A stretch of DNA of 63,927 nt, the filler included, from Saprolegnia diclina VS20 (taxonomy: Eukaryota): assembly GCF_000281045.1 (NCBI RefSeq). It is 5 parts of 3 records of this genome, joined end to end, with 100 filler letters (N's around TTAATTAATTAA, not from the genome) between each part and the next. Parts side by side here need not be neighbours in the genome. Positions count along the whole stretch, not along the records: positions 39,061 to 60,869 come from NW_008246134.1; 4 more parts are not named here. One strand, given 5' to 3'. Below are positions 44,883 through 56,922 of this stretch, one piece after another. Within the stretch, counting starts at the first letter, position 1, and each line of letters begins with the position of its first letter. The notes below the pieces were generated by a model. That model was not told where the DNA came from. It did no database searches and worked only from the letters and a program-made list of their open reading frames with translations. Both the position numbers and the translations under genes were made by a program.

Positions 44883-47808
44883 TTACGCTGCCCGGAGCGC
44901 AAGCGTCAACGCGCTCTTGAGGTCGCTTTCCGTTGCTATCTCTGCGCTCAGCTGCACCTCGCCCGGCCCCAGCGTGGTCGAGATCGTGTTGATGGCCAGC
45001 GTCCACGGACCGAGTCCGACGACGACTTGGAGCATGCCAAGCGCGTGCGTCGGCAGGGCATTTACCACGTGCCACCACATCTGGACCGTCTCGTTCGTCT
45101 GCGGGTCGACGCCCGGCTGGTGTCGCACCGTCGCCTGCCACGCTGCCACGTCCCGCGGCACGCGAAACAGCAGCACGTAGAGCTCGGGGGCGGTCCATCC
45201 GTCGAGCGCCGAGCCCAAGAGCCGGAAAAACGGCGTCCGAAAGGCGCTGGCGCCCGTCTCGAGCACGTGCCGATCCGCGCGGTGGGCGAGGTACGCCGTC
45301 GACGCCGCGTTCGGCTTGTGAACCAGGCATCGAAAGAGCTCCATCGACATCGTCGGCGTAGGTGGCAATGACTTTTGCATGCACACGAGGTGCCCGAGGA
45401 CCTTCCCCAGCACGAGCATGGTCGCCGGGTGCAGCTCGTCGAGCACCCGCGCATTTAGCACCTGCGGCCAGAGCGTCGACCAAAACGCATCGTCCGACGA
45501 CACGTAGCGGTCACTCGGTGTGCACAGCGTGATGGGCTAGACCATATGTCAATAGTAACGACTACGATCGGGCTCGTACCTCGCGCCAGTTGAAGTTGGC
45601 CTTGGACGCAGTCAGCAGCGCGGTCCAACACGACTCGTCGGGCTTGACCGTGATGGTGACACCGACCGTGCTCGTCGGCAGCGTCAAGACGGCTTCGAGC
45701 TGCAGCAGCTTGGCATCGAACGGCAGCAAGTGCCGGTACCGCACAAAAAACGGCGCCGACAACAGGCTCCGCTCGACCATGATGCTCTGGCCAATGTACG
45801 TTAGGATGCTCACGTCGCTCGCCATGCAGTCCACGAGGCGCTGCACCGCGTCCGGCGCCATCTCGGCCGCGTCGTGGACGTACTGCAGCTGGGCGCGCAG
45901 ATGGCACTTGAGCAGCTGCAGCACAAACGCCGGTGTGGGCGCCGACAAGATGGGCCAGAGCTGGCTCGTGCCTTCGCGCTCGAGCAAGCGCTCGTTAAAG
46001 TGAACGAGGAGCATGGCCACCGCCTTGGTTTGGCCGTGCTGCATTGCACACGTAAAGATATCGGACGCCTCGAGCACGACTGAGCGCTCGATGTGCAAGA
46101 TCAGGTCTCCGTGGCCGGCCATGAGCAAGTGGTGCAGCGGTCCATATCCTTTCTTGTCGGTGGAGCGCCACCAGTCTGTCGGGAGACTCAGCGCGCGCAA
46201 GTGCTGCGCCTTGAGGCGCGGGTGCTGACACGCCAGCATCACGGGTGTTTCGCCGTCGTCGTTCACATCGCTAAACGTGGCGTACGGCAGCACGTTGATG
46301 ACGGCGGCAAAATCCGTCTCGGGGAGCGCGCGGCACAACTACAAATGTGATCTGTCAGCATGACATACCTGTCGTGTATGTCATACCACGTGCGCAATGC
46401 CATTGTTCTTCTCGTCCGGAATACGCAGCACACCGCTAAGGTCCTTGCGGAGCCGCAAAAAGTCGCGTGGCATCTCGCGCAAGAAGAGCTCCATGCACGA
46501 CTGTTGAAATGCATCTGTCGAGAGCAAGAGCAGCGGCTGCTGCGACACAAGGTGCGCGACGACACGCGAGTGGCGCTGCGCAATCGCAATGTGCAGCGCG
46601 TTGCGGCCAATGTCGTCGACAAGCGAGCCCCACTCCGCCTTGGGGCTGCGCGTCAGGAGGTACTGAAGCGCATCGACTGCGCCGGCGTCCGCAGCTGCCA
46701 AAATGCACTGCTGCAGCACCGCTCCATCGAGGAGGACGTTCTCGGCTCGGAGCAAGTGCAATGCGTTCGACTGCGCGGCGAGGACAAGGTGGGCGGCGGT
46801 AAACGTGCGACGCGGTCGCGGCTCGCAGCGCGCGCAGTGACGCGTGGACGGGCTCGTGCACACAGTATGCATCGCACGACGGCAGTGCATGTTGGCGCAG
46901 ACGTTCCAAAGCCCCGAGTAGCCGTCGTCGCTGTCGGTGACCAGGCCGCACGGACAGGCGACAGTCGTCGTGGGCGGCGACGCCAGTGCAACACCATACT
47001 TGGCCTTGAGGGCGAGCGTGCTCAAGGTGCACACAACATCGTCGACCACATCGGCGGCGGCGGCAGGGGTCGGCGGCGCCTGCTCGTGCTCGTGCTCGTG
47101 CTCGTCCATCGAGTCGTCCTCCGACTCGGTGTCGCCGGGAAGTGGCGGCTTCATGCGCTTGCTGTTCGTATCGTAAGGCGCGGCCGGGCGCTTGAGCGTC
47201 GCTTGCGTCTCGTCTGGCGGCTGCACCTTGATTGGTTGCGCGGTTTGCAGCCAGTTGGCAACGACCGGGTCGTCGAGCCAGAGGCGGTCTTCGGCCGCAT
47301 AGGCCTCCCACGACGCCGGCAGGACCTTGTCGACGCGCAGCCACGAATTGATCGTCGCCACGTAGAGCTGCTGCAGCAAGTTGCGGTGCTCGTTACGGAC
47401 GTCCGCTACGTGCATCCACGTGTCGCTCGACTTGTCGGCCCATTGCACCAGCACCATGTACCACTCGACACCTTTCCCGTCCGTCGACTTGCACTGGATC
47501 ATGTCCACGAAGCGCAGAGGCACACGAAGCGCTGCGTCGCTTCGGGATCGGCTGCGCGGGTGCTCGCAGGATTCGGAGATCGCGTGCGTCCGAAGCCCGC
47601 TCGTCGTCATGACCAGGTACCGACGCGTGTATGTGAACGGAACGATTGGACTCTCGGTGACGAGGTCTGCATTGAAGTGCGCAGACGGCTGCATGCGCCG
47701 AAGGAGGTCGGCGTGGGCGTCGCTGCAGACCACGTCGTGCGCGAGCAGCGTCGGGTATTCCTTGGGCTTGTGTGCCATGGCTTGTTTGGCCAGCTGCAAC
47801 AATGCCAT
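44883..47808 (-). CDS. Chromo-like / PHD / ankyrin / degenerate HECT protein, paralog Y (two introns)
   Basis: Shares PFxYTRRxLV with X. Chromo-like WYMVLVQWADKSSDTWMHVADV; PHD CPC..CANMHCRRAMHTVC..CARC; ankyrin GRNALHIA, GETPVMLA, GYGPLHHL; HECT-like LGKVLGHLV..FRTPFFRLL..TAPELYVLL..VQMWWHVVNAL. The first intron is at the same position as in X. Confidence 0.8.
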
Positions 47809-48827
47809 CCTTTGGCCAAGCTATATGCACGCAACGTTTCACATACCAATCTTGGGTATAAATCCACCGAGCGTTGAAAACGGGGCGTATCAGGACTAAA
47901 AACACCGCGTTTTCAGAGTTTAACCGACGTTGCGACAGGAGTTCGGCGGCTTTGTCGACCCGATAGCGTTCCAAATCGAAAGCGCTTAAACTTTGCGAAG
48001 AGGTAGATACCGTCTTAGGGAGCCGAATGAGCTACGTAACGTTGGCAGGCGGCGCGTACAGAGTGAGCAATCACCACTTTTGTTATTTTTGGTATGTACC
48101 ACATATACATCTAGATACGGCATTCGCCAAAACTAAATTGAAGACGAGCACACATCGTTATCGGACGACGTCGCGCTAGTCGCCGTTGGAACATTCGACG
48201 GCGCTGAAGCGGAATGAAATTCGACGCGAGCTGGGTCCAACGGCCGCTCACAGCACGTCACCAACCCTACACGCTGTTATCCAGCGGATCCAGCGGCGAT
48301 CACCGAGCATTGCCGGGTAGCAGCACTTCATTCAACCTTAAAGCCGTGTGGTGCAATGTAAGCGATGTCGTCTACCAGCATCTACCACTGGTAAATGCTG
48401 GTAGACGTCATCGCTATAGCCTATCGCGCTAGCCAGAACGTCCTGCCATTACGATTCTTGTTGGCGCGCTCAGCGGTACCGCAGCATTTCTCACCGCTGA
48501 CACTTCAAGTCGCATTACGTAGGATGTCAATCAACAAGCTTAGCCACCCGCTATCCTATATCGGGGGCGGTGCGAATCAAGAGACCAACTCACCAGGATT
48601 ACCTTTGGTTTACTTTCTTCTTGGTCTACCTCTCACCGTCTATCTCACCTAATCGGTGACGCAATGATGCTTCGCACGTATACCTCTCTCGCTCCCCGCG
48701 GCAGCTTAAGATCGCTCAACTGAACCTGCCACAAAATGGCGCCGACACGTAGTGGCAGAGTGGCAGGAATTCCGGATAATACGCGTTGTATCCGGTAATC
48801 GGCCAGAATTGCACTTGCGTGGCGGAA

Positions 48828-49307
48828 ATGAACGCATTGGGGCGCAACCACGCGATCGACACGGAGGACGCGGCCGAGCTCATCCTGGGCGAAGACTTCC
48901 AGGGCGAGACGTGCTTGTCGAACGCCGAAGTCGCCGTCATCCTCGAGAAGCAAAAGTCCGACTACGAGAGCCAAGAGAAGACGCTCACCAACGTCTTCCA
49001 GAAGACGTACTCGTACGTCCAGCGCTTCTCCGGGACGAAGGACCCGGTCTCGAACCAAGCGTCCGTGACCGAGCTCCGCGAAGCGCTCATCACGTACGAG
49101 TTCTCGCGCGAGCACCCGGACGACCCGTCGCAGACGGTCGAGATCCGCCTCGAAGAGTTTGAGATTGCTTGCCTCTCGAACCTCAACCCGGAAGAGCCCG
49201 AAGAGGCCATGGCGCTCATTCCGTCGCTCCAGAAGCGCTTTACCGAAGATGACATTGAAGAAATCCTCTCGATCATTGCGCGAACGACCGCGCGCATGCA
49301 TGCCTAA
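48828..49307 (+). CDS. RPB4: RNA polymerase II subunit RPB4
   Basis: EDAAELILGEDFQGETCLSNAEVAVIL...VFQKTYSYVQRFS...EFEIACLSNLNPEEPEEAMALIPSL. Confidence 0.95.
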   Translation: MNALGRNHAIDTEDAAELILGEDFQGETCLSNAEVAVILEKQKSDYESQEKTLTNVFQKTYSYVQRFSGTKDPVSNQASVTELREALITYEFSREHPDDPSQTVEIRLEEFEIACLSNLNPEEPEEAMALIPSLQKRFTEDDIEEILSIIARTTARMHA

Positions 49308-49350
49308 GCCGTTGTTTCATCCGCTTCGTCTTCTTCTTCTTCGTTGCCGT

Positions 49351-50627
49351 CTACCAGCCGACGTCGAGCGTCGAAGCGACCGAGACGTCCTCGTCGCGCA
49401 TGTCCTTGGCCTTGACCATCGTCACAAAGAGTCGCACGAACTTGCGCGTGATCGGCTGCACGCACACATGGAGCGGGGCCAAGCACGGGTGCGTCGGGAG
49501 CTGGTCGTTGTACGCGCCATTCGGGTCGGTCTTGCACGCGAGCACGTACACGAGGCGGCCATTGCGGACCAGCCGGGCGGCGGCCCACTGCAGCAAGTCT
49601 GTGAGCACCGAGCTCGGAGCGTAGAGCTCGAACGGCTTCTTTGATGCATTCGCCGAGCATTTTCGGGCGCCCGCGCGGAGGCCATAGGGCGGGTCACACA
49701 CGATCGCGTCCCAGAATGGCTTGGGGCACAGCACGCGCTGGCTTAGATCCCACTGCACAAAGTCGGGGCACGGGAGGTCGTACTGTTCAAAGTTGCTCGC
49801 AATCGTCGCATTGTCGTTCCGAAAGAGCCCTTGCATTTCGATATCTAGATACACATCGAGGCGAATGAGAGAGAGAGGCCGGGCGTACCGCCGCCGATGC
49901 ACATGGCGCCAAACTGCGCGCACGCGACAAGGACGCTCGCGGTGCCCACGAATGGATCGCAGACGATCGTGCCAGGACCTACCTTGGCGAGGTTGGCCAT
50001 GACCAGCGACAGCTCGTGGTCCATGGTCGTCGGCCCAATGAACTTGCGCTTCTTGATCTTGTGCTTGTCGACAAAGTCCCGGCCCACGAGGCGGATGATG
50101 GCGAGGGATCTCGCAAAGAAGACGCGGCGCACGTGGGTCGCGTTGAGCCCGACGCCTTTTTCTTCGAGGAGCCAGTACGTCCGCGACGGCTGCTTGAGCT
50201 GGATGTCGCCGAGCAGCGGAATCGCGTCCGTGACCTCATGGCGCCGCTTGTTCTGCTCGTCGAGTGGCAATCGCTGCCCAAAGCAGTCGACTTGGAGGCT
50301 CCACGTCGTGTCGTCGTCGAGCTGCGCGTCCGCGCGGTCGGCCGCCGGCAGCGCGGCAATCTTGGCGCGCAGGCTCTCGTACAAGTCATGCTCGCCCTCG
50401 GCGTGCGTGATGTACGCGTAGATGCCCTTGATGAGCGCGCAGCGGGCGGCGACGCGCTTCGCCACGTCGTCGGACGGGAGGGTGATGAAGAGGAACGGCG
50501 AGTCGGTCGTCGGCACGTCGTAGCAGGCGCGGACATCGTCGACGCCGGCAAGTCCCAGGACCGCGTCAAGCTCGGGCAGCCGAAAGTCCAAGTATCGATG
50601 GACAAAGTAGATCACGTAGACCGGCAT
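49351..50627 (-). CDS. TRM11: tRNA (guanine-10-N2)-methyltransferase Trm11 (intron about 49845-49888)
   Basis: FVHRYLDFRLPEL; KKRKFIGPTTMDHELSLVMANLA; DPFVGTAS; DAIVCDPPYGLRAG. Confidence 0.93.
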
Positions 50628-50869
50628 GGTCCTGGCTTCCTGGACGAGATTGCACCTGCCAATGCTTCCGGATACATTCGCGCGACTATCCGGATACACG
50701 ACCCGGCGACATCGGCCAAATTGATGCACACGGCCGACAGAGTGGTGGCGACTATGGTTCCGGGTATTCCGCAAACGCCAGGACGAGACTGTCATGAAAA
50801 TACCGATAAGCCGAGCAATAAGTTACTGTACAGTTTCCTAGTCGTCTTAGACGATGGCGAAGAGAGGGT

Positions 50870-51779
50870 CTACGTAGGGCTCGGAAAGACGTGCTGGGCG
50901 AACTTGGGCATGGCCCGCTTGGCGAGCGACGACGTTGAGGACTTGACGTGCGTGTCATCGACTCGATTGGGCAAAACCGACTCGGTGAGCGGTATCTCGA
51001 CGAGATCGACGTTCGTCCGTGGTGGTGCGACGCGTGGCGCCGGCGGTGGTATCATACGGTGGGCCCATGGCACTGGCGGCGCGCGTGCCTCCATAAGCTC
51101 TTTCTCAAGGTGCGCAATGTCTTGGCGCAAGCTCGCGAGTACGTCTCTATGTTTTGAATGCTGCGCGACGTGCTCCTCGATGGCCACTTGGTGGAGGTGC
51201 TTTTGGTGCACGACATCGGCTTCCAGGTCCATGCGCCGATCCTTCTCGAGCTGCAGCACCTGCTGCAACTGGGCTCTCTCTTGCGCCCACTGCGCTTCAA
51301 GTCGCTCGTGCTGCTCCTGCCGTCGTTGCAGCTCGCGAAGCTCTTGCTCGAGGCGGTGGACCTGCGTTTGGTTGTATTAGACAACCCGGGGCACAGAATG
51401 TACGTTGGTCTCTTGCTGGCGTAGCGCCCGCGCCATGTCGTTTGAAGAGTCCTCGGTCCTTGCGTTTGACTGCTGGAGCTGCGCCAACTCAAAAGTGACG
51501 TCCATTGTGGTTTGCTGGCTCGCTTGCAATGTCTGCCGCATCGTCGCCAGCGCCATGGTCGTGGCCACATGGTCGTCATGAACGCGATCATAGGCAGTCT
51601 TCCAATGCACGCTCTCGGTCGTCTTTTCATCTACGCATTTAAGCCTAGTTAGCTAAGAAAGATCATGCTGGTAGGCTGGCACCGAGCGCATCTTGCAAGT
51701 CCTTGATGTGGTCTGCCAGCACTTGTATGTCAGCTTCAAGCGCCTCAATCGTTGCTGCTTCTGGTGTGTCATCGGCCAT
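50870..51779 (-). CDS. Coiled-coil hypothetical protein (multi-exon, 3' end uncertain)
   Basis: MADDTPEAATIEALEADIQVLADHIKDLQDAL and QVLQLEKDRRMDLEAD...LRQDIAHLEKELME, with short GT-AG introns. Confidence 0.55.
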
Positions 51780-52165
51780 CTTCTCGTGTGAGCAGTCGTT
51801 GCGCTGGTTGGTCGATGTTCCTTGGACTCGGCCGCTCATCGACGACGACCGTGTCGTGCCTGTTTGGGATCCTCCGTAACCGGATGCCGGTTAAACCTAA
51901 CTTCGGCATATGCCGAATTGTTCATTGCGGCGCTACATTGACTTGATCATGGCAGCGGCCCAGCTGCAAATACCGGCAATCGTCGTAGGAATGAGCCAGC
52001 GCACTAGACTCTCGGGTTGGGCTACTGACAGCGTCTGGGGAACGTGGGGTCGCTGGCCATCGCGTTGCCAACCACTGCGTGTGTTGAAGTTGGGTAGCAG
52101 ATATCGAGTGTCAAAGGTTTATCCGGCGTCCGACATCAATTGCTGGGGTCACCAAATATTTTGTG

Positions 52166-52900
52166 ATGTTTTGCGTCCGTCGCGCAGCGCAGCGTGTGCA
52201 GCAGGCGTCGGCCCGCGCCTTCTCGTCAGCGCCCAAGCCGCAAGGTCCGTGGCAGGCGTACCTTGCGCTTCTCGAGCGCTCGCCGCTGCCGACCAAGGTC
52301 GTGACCAGCGCCGGCATCGCAGGCCTCGGCGACATCACGTGCCAAACAGTCTTTGAAGATCACCCGTTCGACGCCAAGCGCTTTGCCATCTTCACGACGC
52401 TAGGCGGCGTCTACATTGCGCCGACGTTGCACGTGTGGTACGGCTTTCTCAACCGCGCGATCGCCGGTACAGCCAAGACGGCGGTCGCGAAGCGCCTTGT
52501 GCTCGACCAATTTGTGTTTGCACCGACGTTCATGGCGTCGTTCTTTGCTGTTCTCACGGCGACCAACGACTCGGGTTCACATATCCATTGCCACTGCATG
52601 GTATCTCACGCGTCCATGCTAGAGGTCCCTCTCGCAGATCGCATTCGCTCCAAGATCTCGACCGATTGGTGGGACGCTGTCAAGACCAACTGGGTCGTGT
52701 GGATCCCAGCGCAGTTTTGCAACTTTGGGCTCGTCCCACCGCCGCTCCAAGGTACACAACACAAAATGTCGATAGAAAAAGAGTGCGGACCGTCCACTGT
52801 AGTGCTCTTCTCGAACGTCGTCGGGCTTTTCTGGAACGGGTACATGTCGTACATCAGCTACAAGCCGGCGCCGAAGGAGATCGCTGACGAAACCAAGTGA
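52166..52900 (+). CDS. Mpv17/PMP22 family membrane protein (two introns, mitochondrial-like presequence)
   Basis: YLALLERSPLPTKVVTSAGIAGLGDITCQ; LHVWYGFL; KRLVLDQFVFAP; NWVVWIPAQFCNFGLVPP; WNGYMS. Confidence 0.92.
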   Translation: MFCVRRAAQRVQQASARAFSSAPKPQGPWQAYLALLERSPLPTKVVTSAGIAGLGDITCQTVFEDHPFDAKRFAIFTTLGGVYIAPTLHVWYGFLNRAIAGTAKTAVAKRLVLDQFVFAPTFMASFFAVLTATNDSGSHIHCHCMVSHASMLEVPLADRIRSKISTDWWDAVKTNWVVWIPAQFCNFGLVPPPLQGTQHKMSIEKECGPSTVVLFSNVVGLFWNGYMSYISYKPAPKEIADETK

Positions 52901-53465
52901 AGACAGCGCGAGTCGTCGTGCTAGGAGGTGTTACGTACTAGTATACATCAAAGTGCTAGCAAGTCTCGCCGTGCCAGTCATTGAGGGTCTCTAAAAGTGA
53001 TGGATGGAGCGATATTTGATGGAATGAGGCGCGAAATGATGTCGCATGGACCATGCCCGTTGATGTATTACCCGATAAAATTACATTGATATCGAAACAC
53101 ACATTGCCGGATCAGTCTATCGACAAAGTTGGTACTAACTGGCGGCTACCTTTGGCTCAGTGCACCAACTCGCTCGACGACACGATCGGCTTCACCACAT
53201 GTATCGCTCGTTGAGAGCCTAAACGACTGTCCAGCTACAGTAGCTGTGTTGGTTTCGACTAGCTTCTTGTGTCCATACGGCTCATATCGTTGCCCCTGAG
53301 CCGGCAGTTGGAGCGCCAGGAACGCCACACTCGCCTCCGCACAGTGCGCCACGTCACGACCTGCGAATTGGGTGTTTCTATCCTGTCAACCGGACTGGAA
53401 TGTGTATCCGGATGGCGCGATCCCAGGAGCAAGTTTTGTGGTTGGCCATGGCGTCGACAAGCGAG

Positions 53466-54254
53466 ATGGAAGTCCTCAGCCAGGGCGCGGAAGCGGTAAG
53501 CATATACCACTAGCCATGCATCTCATCGCCTAAGTAGATCGTATATGGTACGACCTTTGCTGGCCGACCATGCGTCATCAAGGAGCGCGTCGTCAAGGCC
53601 TACCGGCTGCCGCAGCTGGACAAGAAGCTCAGCCACCGCCGCCTCGTGCAGGAAGCCCGTTGCAACATGAAGTGTCGCAAGGCCGGCGTCGACACGCCTT
53701 GCATCCTTCTCATCGACGAGACCAAAGGCCGCCTCTTCATGGAGCGCATCATCGGGCTCAGCGTCAAGCAATGGCTCTTCAACATGTACGACGCTGCAAC
53801 GCAGACGTACGCGCCGGCAGCCAAGGAGCTCGCGTACCAGATCGGCGTCGCCATTGCCCGCATGCACGACGCCGACATTGTCCATGGCGATCTCACGACC
53901 TCCAACTTGATGAAGAAGGACGACACCACGACCATCGTACGCCTCCCTCGACACCATTCCATACCGACGATGCTGCTGCATGTAGACGGTGATTGACTTT
54001 GGCCTCGCCAATTCGCAGCCGCTGCCCGAAGACAAGGCCGTCGACCTCTACGTGATGGAGCGCGCGTTCCAGAGCACGCATGTGCAGTCGGACGATTTGG
54101 TACTTTGACGATGTCTCGTGTTGCAGTACCTCATGCTGCCTAGGTGGCCGAGATCCTGCGTGCGTACAAGGCCAAGTCGCGCCGCGCCGACACGGTGTTT
54201 CATAAATTATACCTCGTGCGCTCGCGTGGGCGCAAGCGAACGATGGTGGGGTAG
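53466..54254 (+). CDS. BUD32: KEOPS complex kinase Bud32/TP53RK (multi-exon)
   Basis: [67 protein letters not shown]. Confidence 0.95.
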
Positions 54255-54558
54255 TCGCATCCAGTCGGAATGCGCAGTCGATCGCTTGTATCAACATGCA
54301 TCTTACCTTCGTACGTTCCGCGTCGCCTTTATGCAGCAAGGTAGACGTCAGGGCCTATCTACAGTATGGGCTGTGATAACGCAGTATGCGAGATGGGTAT
54401 GCGTTGCCGGCCGAGCTGGATCGGACCACCTGTTTCCGTGGATCGCGCGGGAGTATGTGGATGGCGAAAAGACGGAAGAGAACGTCCGACGATGCGCGCT
54501 GCTCGTATAACTGCACCACACGGTGCGTCGTGGGACTTAGTACATGCAACCTGGCGAT

Positions 54559-55068
54559 TTATTTCTTCTGCTTCTTTGCCGGGCGAGCCTCTTCTTCATC
54601 CTCATCGTCGTCATCTTCGGCTTCGTCGTCATCGTCGTCGCCACCAGCGTCGCCTTCAAAGTCCTCGTCGTTCTCATCGTCCTATAGAGCGCAACGGATG
54701 AGCTACATGATCTTTGCCAACACACAAACGCCTGGGCGGGTCCGAGGTCTCGCGACTACCTCGAATTCTGTATACAGATAGGATAAACCGACCTCTTCTT
54801 CGGCATCTTCAGCACCTTCTTCTTCATGCGTATCGTCGTCTTCCTCGTCGTCGCCGCCCTCTTGGTCCTCGGCCGAGTCGTCGGCCGGCTCGTCGTCGCC
54901 ATCTTCGTCTTCCACACTGTCGTCGCCGGCGTCCTCAACATCATCTTCCTCTTCCTCGGCATCGACATCTTCCTCGACGTGCTTCGGGGCCTTGGCAGGG
55001 CTCTTCTTTGTGCTCTAGCATTCCATCATGAAGACCATGGACTTCGCGGCAAAGCTTCCTCGTACCAT
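54559..55068 (-). CDS. Small acidic nuclear protein with an ANP32E-ZID-like motif (introns 55015-55065 and 54682-54759)
   Basis: Spliced MSTKKSPAKAPKH-(D/E-rich)-EEEVGLSYLYTEFEDDENDEDFE-(D/E-rich)-RPAKKQKK*. Confidence 0.8.
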
Positions 55069-55730
55069 GCTTGACGACGCGTCGGACCTTGCGCTCACGG
55101 GGCTGATTTGCTTATGGAGCTCGTCGCGGTCCGTTTTTCGAATCTGCGGTCGCAAAACAAACGTACGTATTGCTACTGTACGATGTAATGTACGTTTACA
55201 TTTGCTTCTTGTATTGAAATCGCAATCCCTTCGTACATACAATAAGTACGCTCATGTACGAGCGGGAATAGGGGTTTGTGGCCAGCACTTGAAGTTTGTA
55301 TGGGGCGTGTGTTCGGGGGGGAGCCACAGGTTGAAGGGGTGGGAGCGCCGGCTGGAATTAAAATATCTTGCTGTTTGTATTGCAGGGTCGGTTCGAGAAA
55401 CTATTTTTAGACGGTCGCGGTATCGGTATACAAACCGCAAGTCCAATTGGCGAATGCACGTTGGGGTCCCACAGGCCGCCACGTGGGGGGTGCTCCTGCG
55501 CGTAAGCCACGCTGGACGCATGCGCGTCATATCCTAGTTCAAGGACGCTGTGTAAGGACAAGTCCGATTTCAAACGCGCGAGATTCATTTTGATGGGTAC
55601 TCGGGGCACGCATGTGTCCGGTTAAAGATCGACCGGATAAAGATTGGATACTCCCGGATACAGAGTACGGATAATCCGATTTGTTTTCCGGACGTGGTCG
55701 CCCAGTTTTGAAGACCCGCGAAGCCGGCCC

Positions 55731-56890
55731 ATGGAGTGGCAGATCCCGACGATCCGCGCGCTGGTAGACATGGATCAAGCGCTTCAAGGAGGCTCATCGC
55801 CATGGAGCATGTAGAAGCGGCAGTCGCAGGTAGACGAAGCGCAGCGTATCCTCGAGAGGATAGCATCCTACGTGCTTCCGATCATGACCAAGCGCCAGTA
55901 CCGCGTGCAGCAGCTCCTCGAGTTCTTCCCAAAGAATGCCAACTTGCTCGGGATGAACGTCAACCATGGATGGAAGATCTACGTGCGCCGTACGATACAT
56001 GGTCTTGGTCCGCATATGGCTCATGCTGCTGGCTAGTGCGTCCGGCGGAGCGGCCCACGAGCTTCCTGCCGTTCGAGCACCTTCTCGGGACGATGCTCCA
56101 CGAACTTGTGCACATGAAGATCGGACCTCACAACGCAGCCTTCTACAAGGTAGCTCTTCTACGCATTGCTCTACGATCGACTTCCTGTGCTCTAGCTTCT
56201 GGACGAGCTGACGTCGGAGATGGAATCCCTCATGGCCCAAGGACTCATCGGTAAGTTTCTCCACCTCGGCCAGTCGATGTCCATCCTCGATGCTCTGCAG
56301 GTATCACTGGCGCGCAGTTCCAAAACGCTGGCCAAGGACATGTATGGCACCCGTCACACTACCGCGGAATCGTCTGATCGCTCCTTCCAGGCGCTTGGCG
56401 GCGCCAACGCGAGAAACGTTGCCAAGGCCGCCGCCGACGCTGCGATACAGCGCATGCGGGTACGCTCGCTCGGACGTCGTCTCTGTCGATAACACAGTAT
56501 ACGTGTACATAGCACCAAGCGCTTGTGGGCGCCAACGGCTCGTGTCGTCTCGGCGGCGATGCGTCGGCCACAGCGGCGAGCTTGACCCCTGCGATGCTCC
56601 GACAGAAAGCACTCAAGGCCGCCGAGCGACGACGACACGACCAACTAACCTGCGGTACGCACGACGAGCCCAGTCGTCAGATTGGAGAGGCCGCGCCCGA
56701 GCCGTACGACGGGTGGAGCTGTGACCAGTGCACGTTTCTCAACGACGAGCGGCAGTCGGTCTGCGCCATGTGCGGTGCCGGTACCAAGAAGCGCAAGCGC
56801 TCAATGGGGGCGGTCGTGAACCTCGCCGCGTCGCCACCGCGGCCACCTCGGCAACCGCCCGGTGCCCCTACTGTCATCGACCTAACGTGA
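55731..56890 (+). CDS. WSS1: Wss1-like WLM metalloprotease with RanBP2-type zinc finger and SIM-like C-terminus
   Basis: VLPIMTKRQYRVQQLLEFFPKNANLLGMNVN; GTMLHELVHMKIGPHNAAFY; WSCDQCTFLNDERQSVCAMC; C-terminal VIDLT. Confidence 0.9.
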
Positions 56891-56922
56891 CTAAAAACAC
56901 ACAACCATCGCTTGGCATTCGC

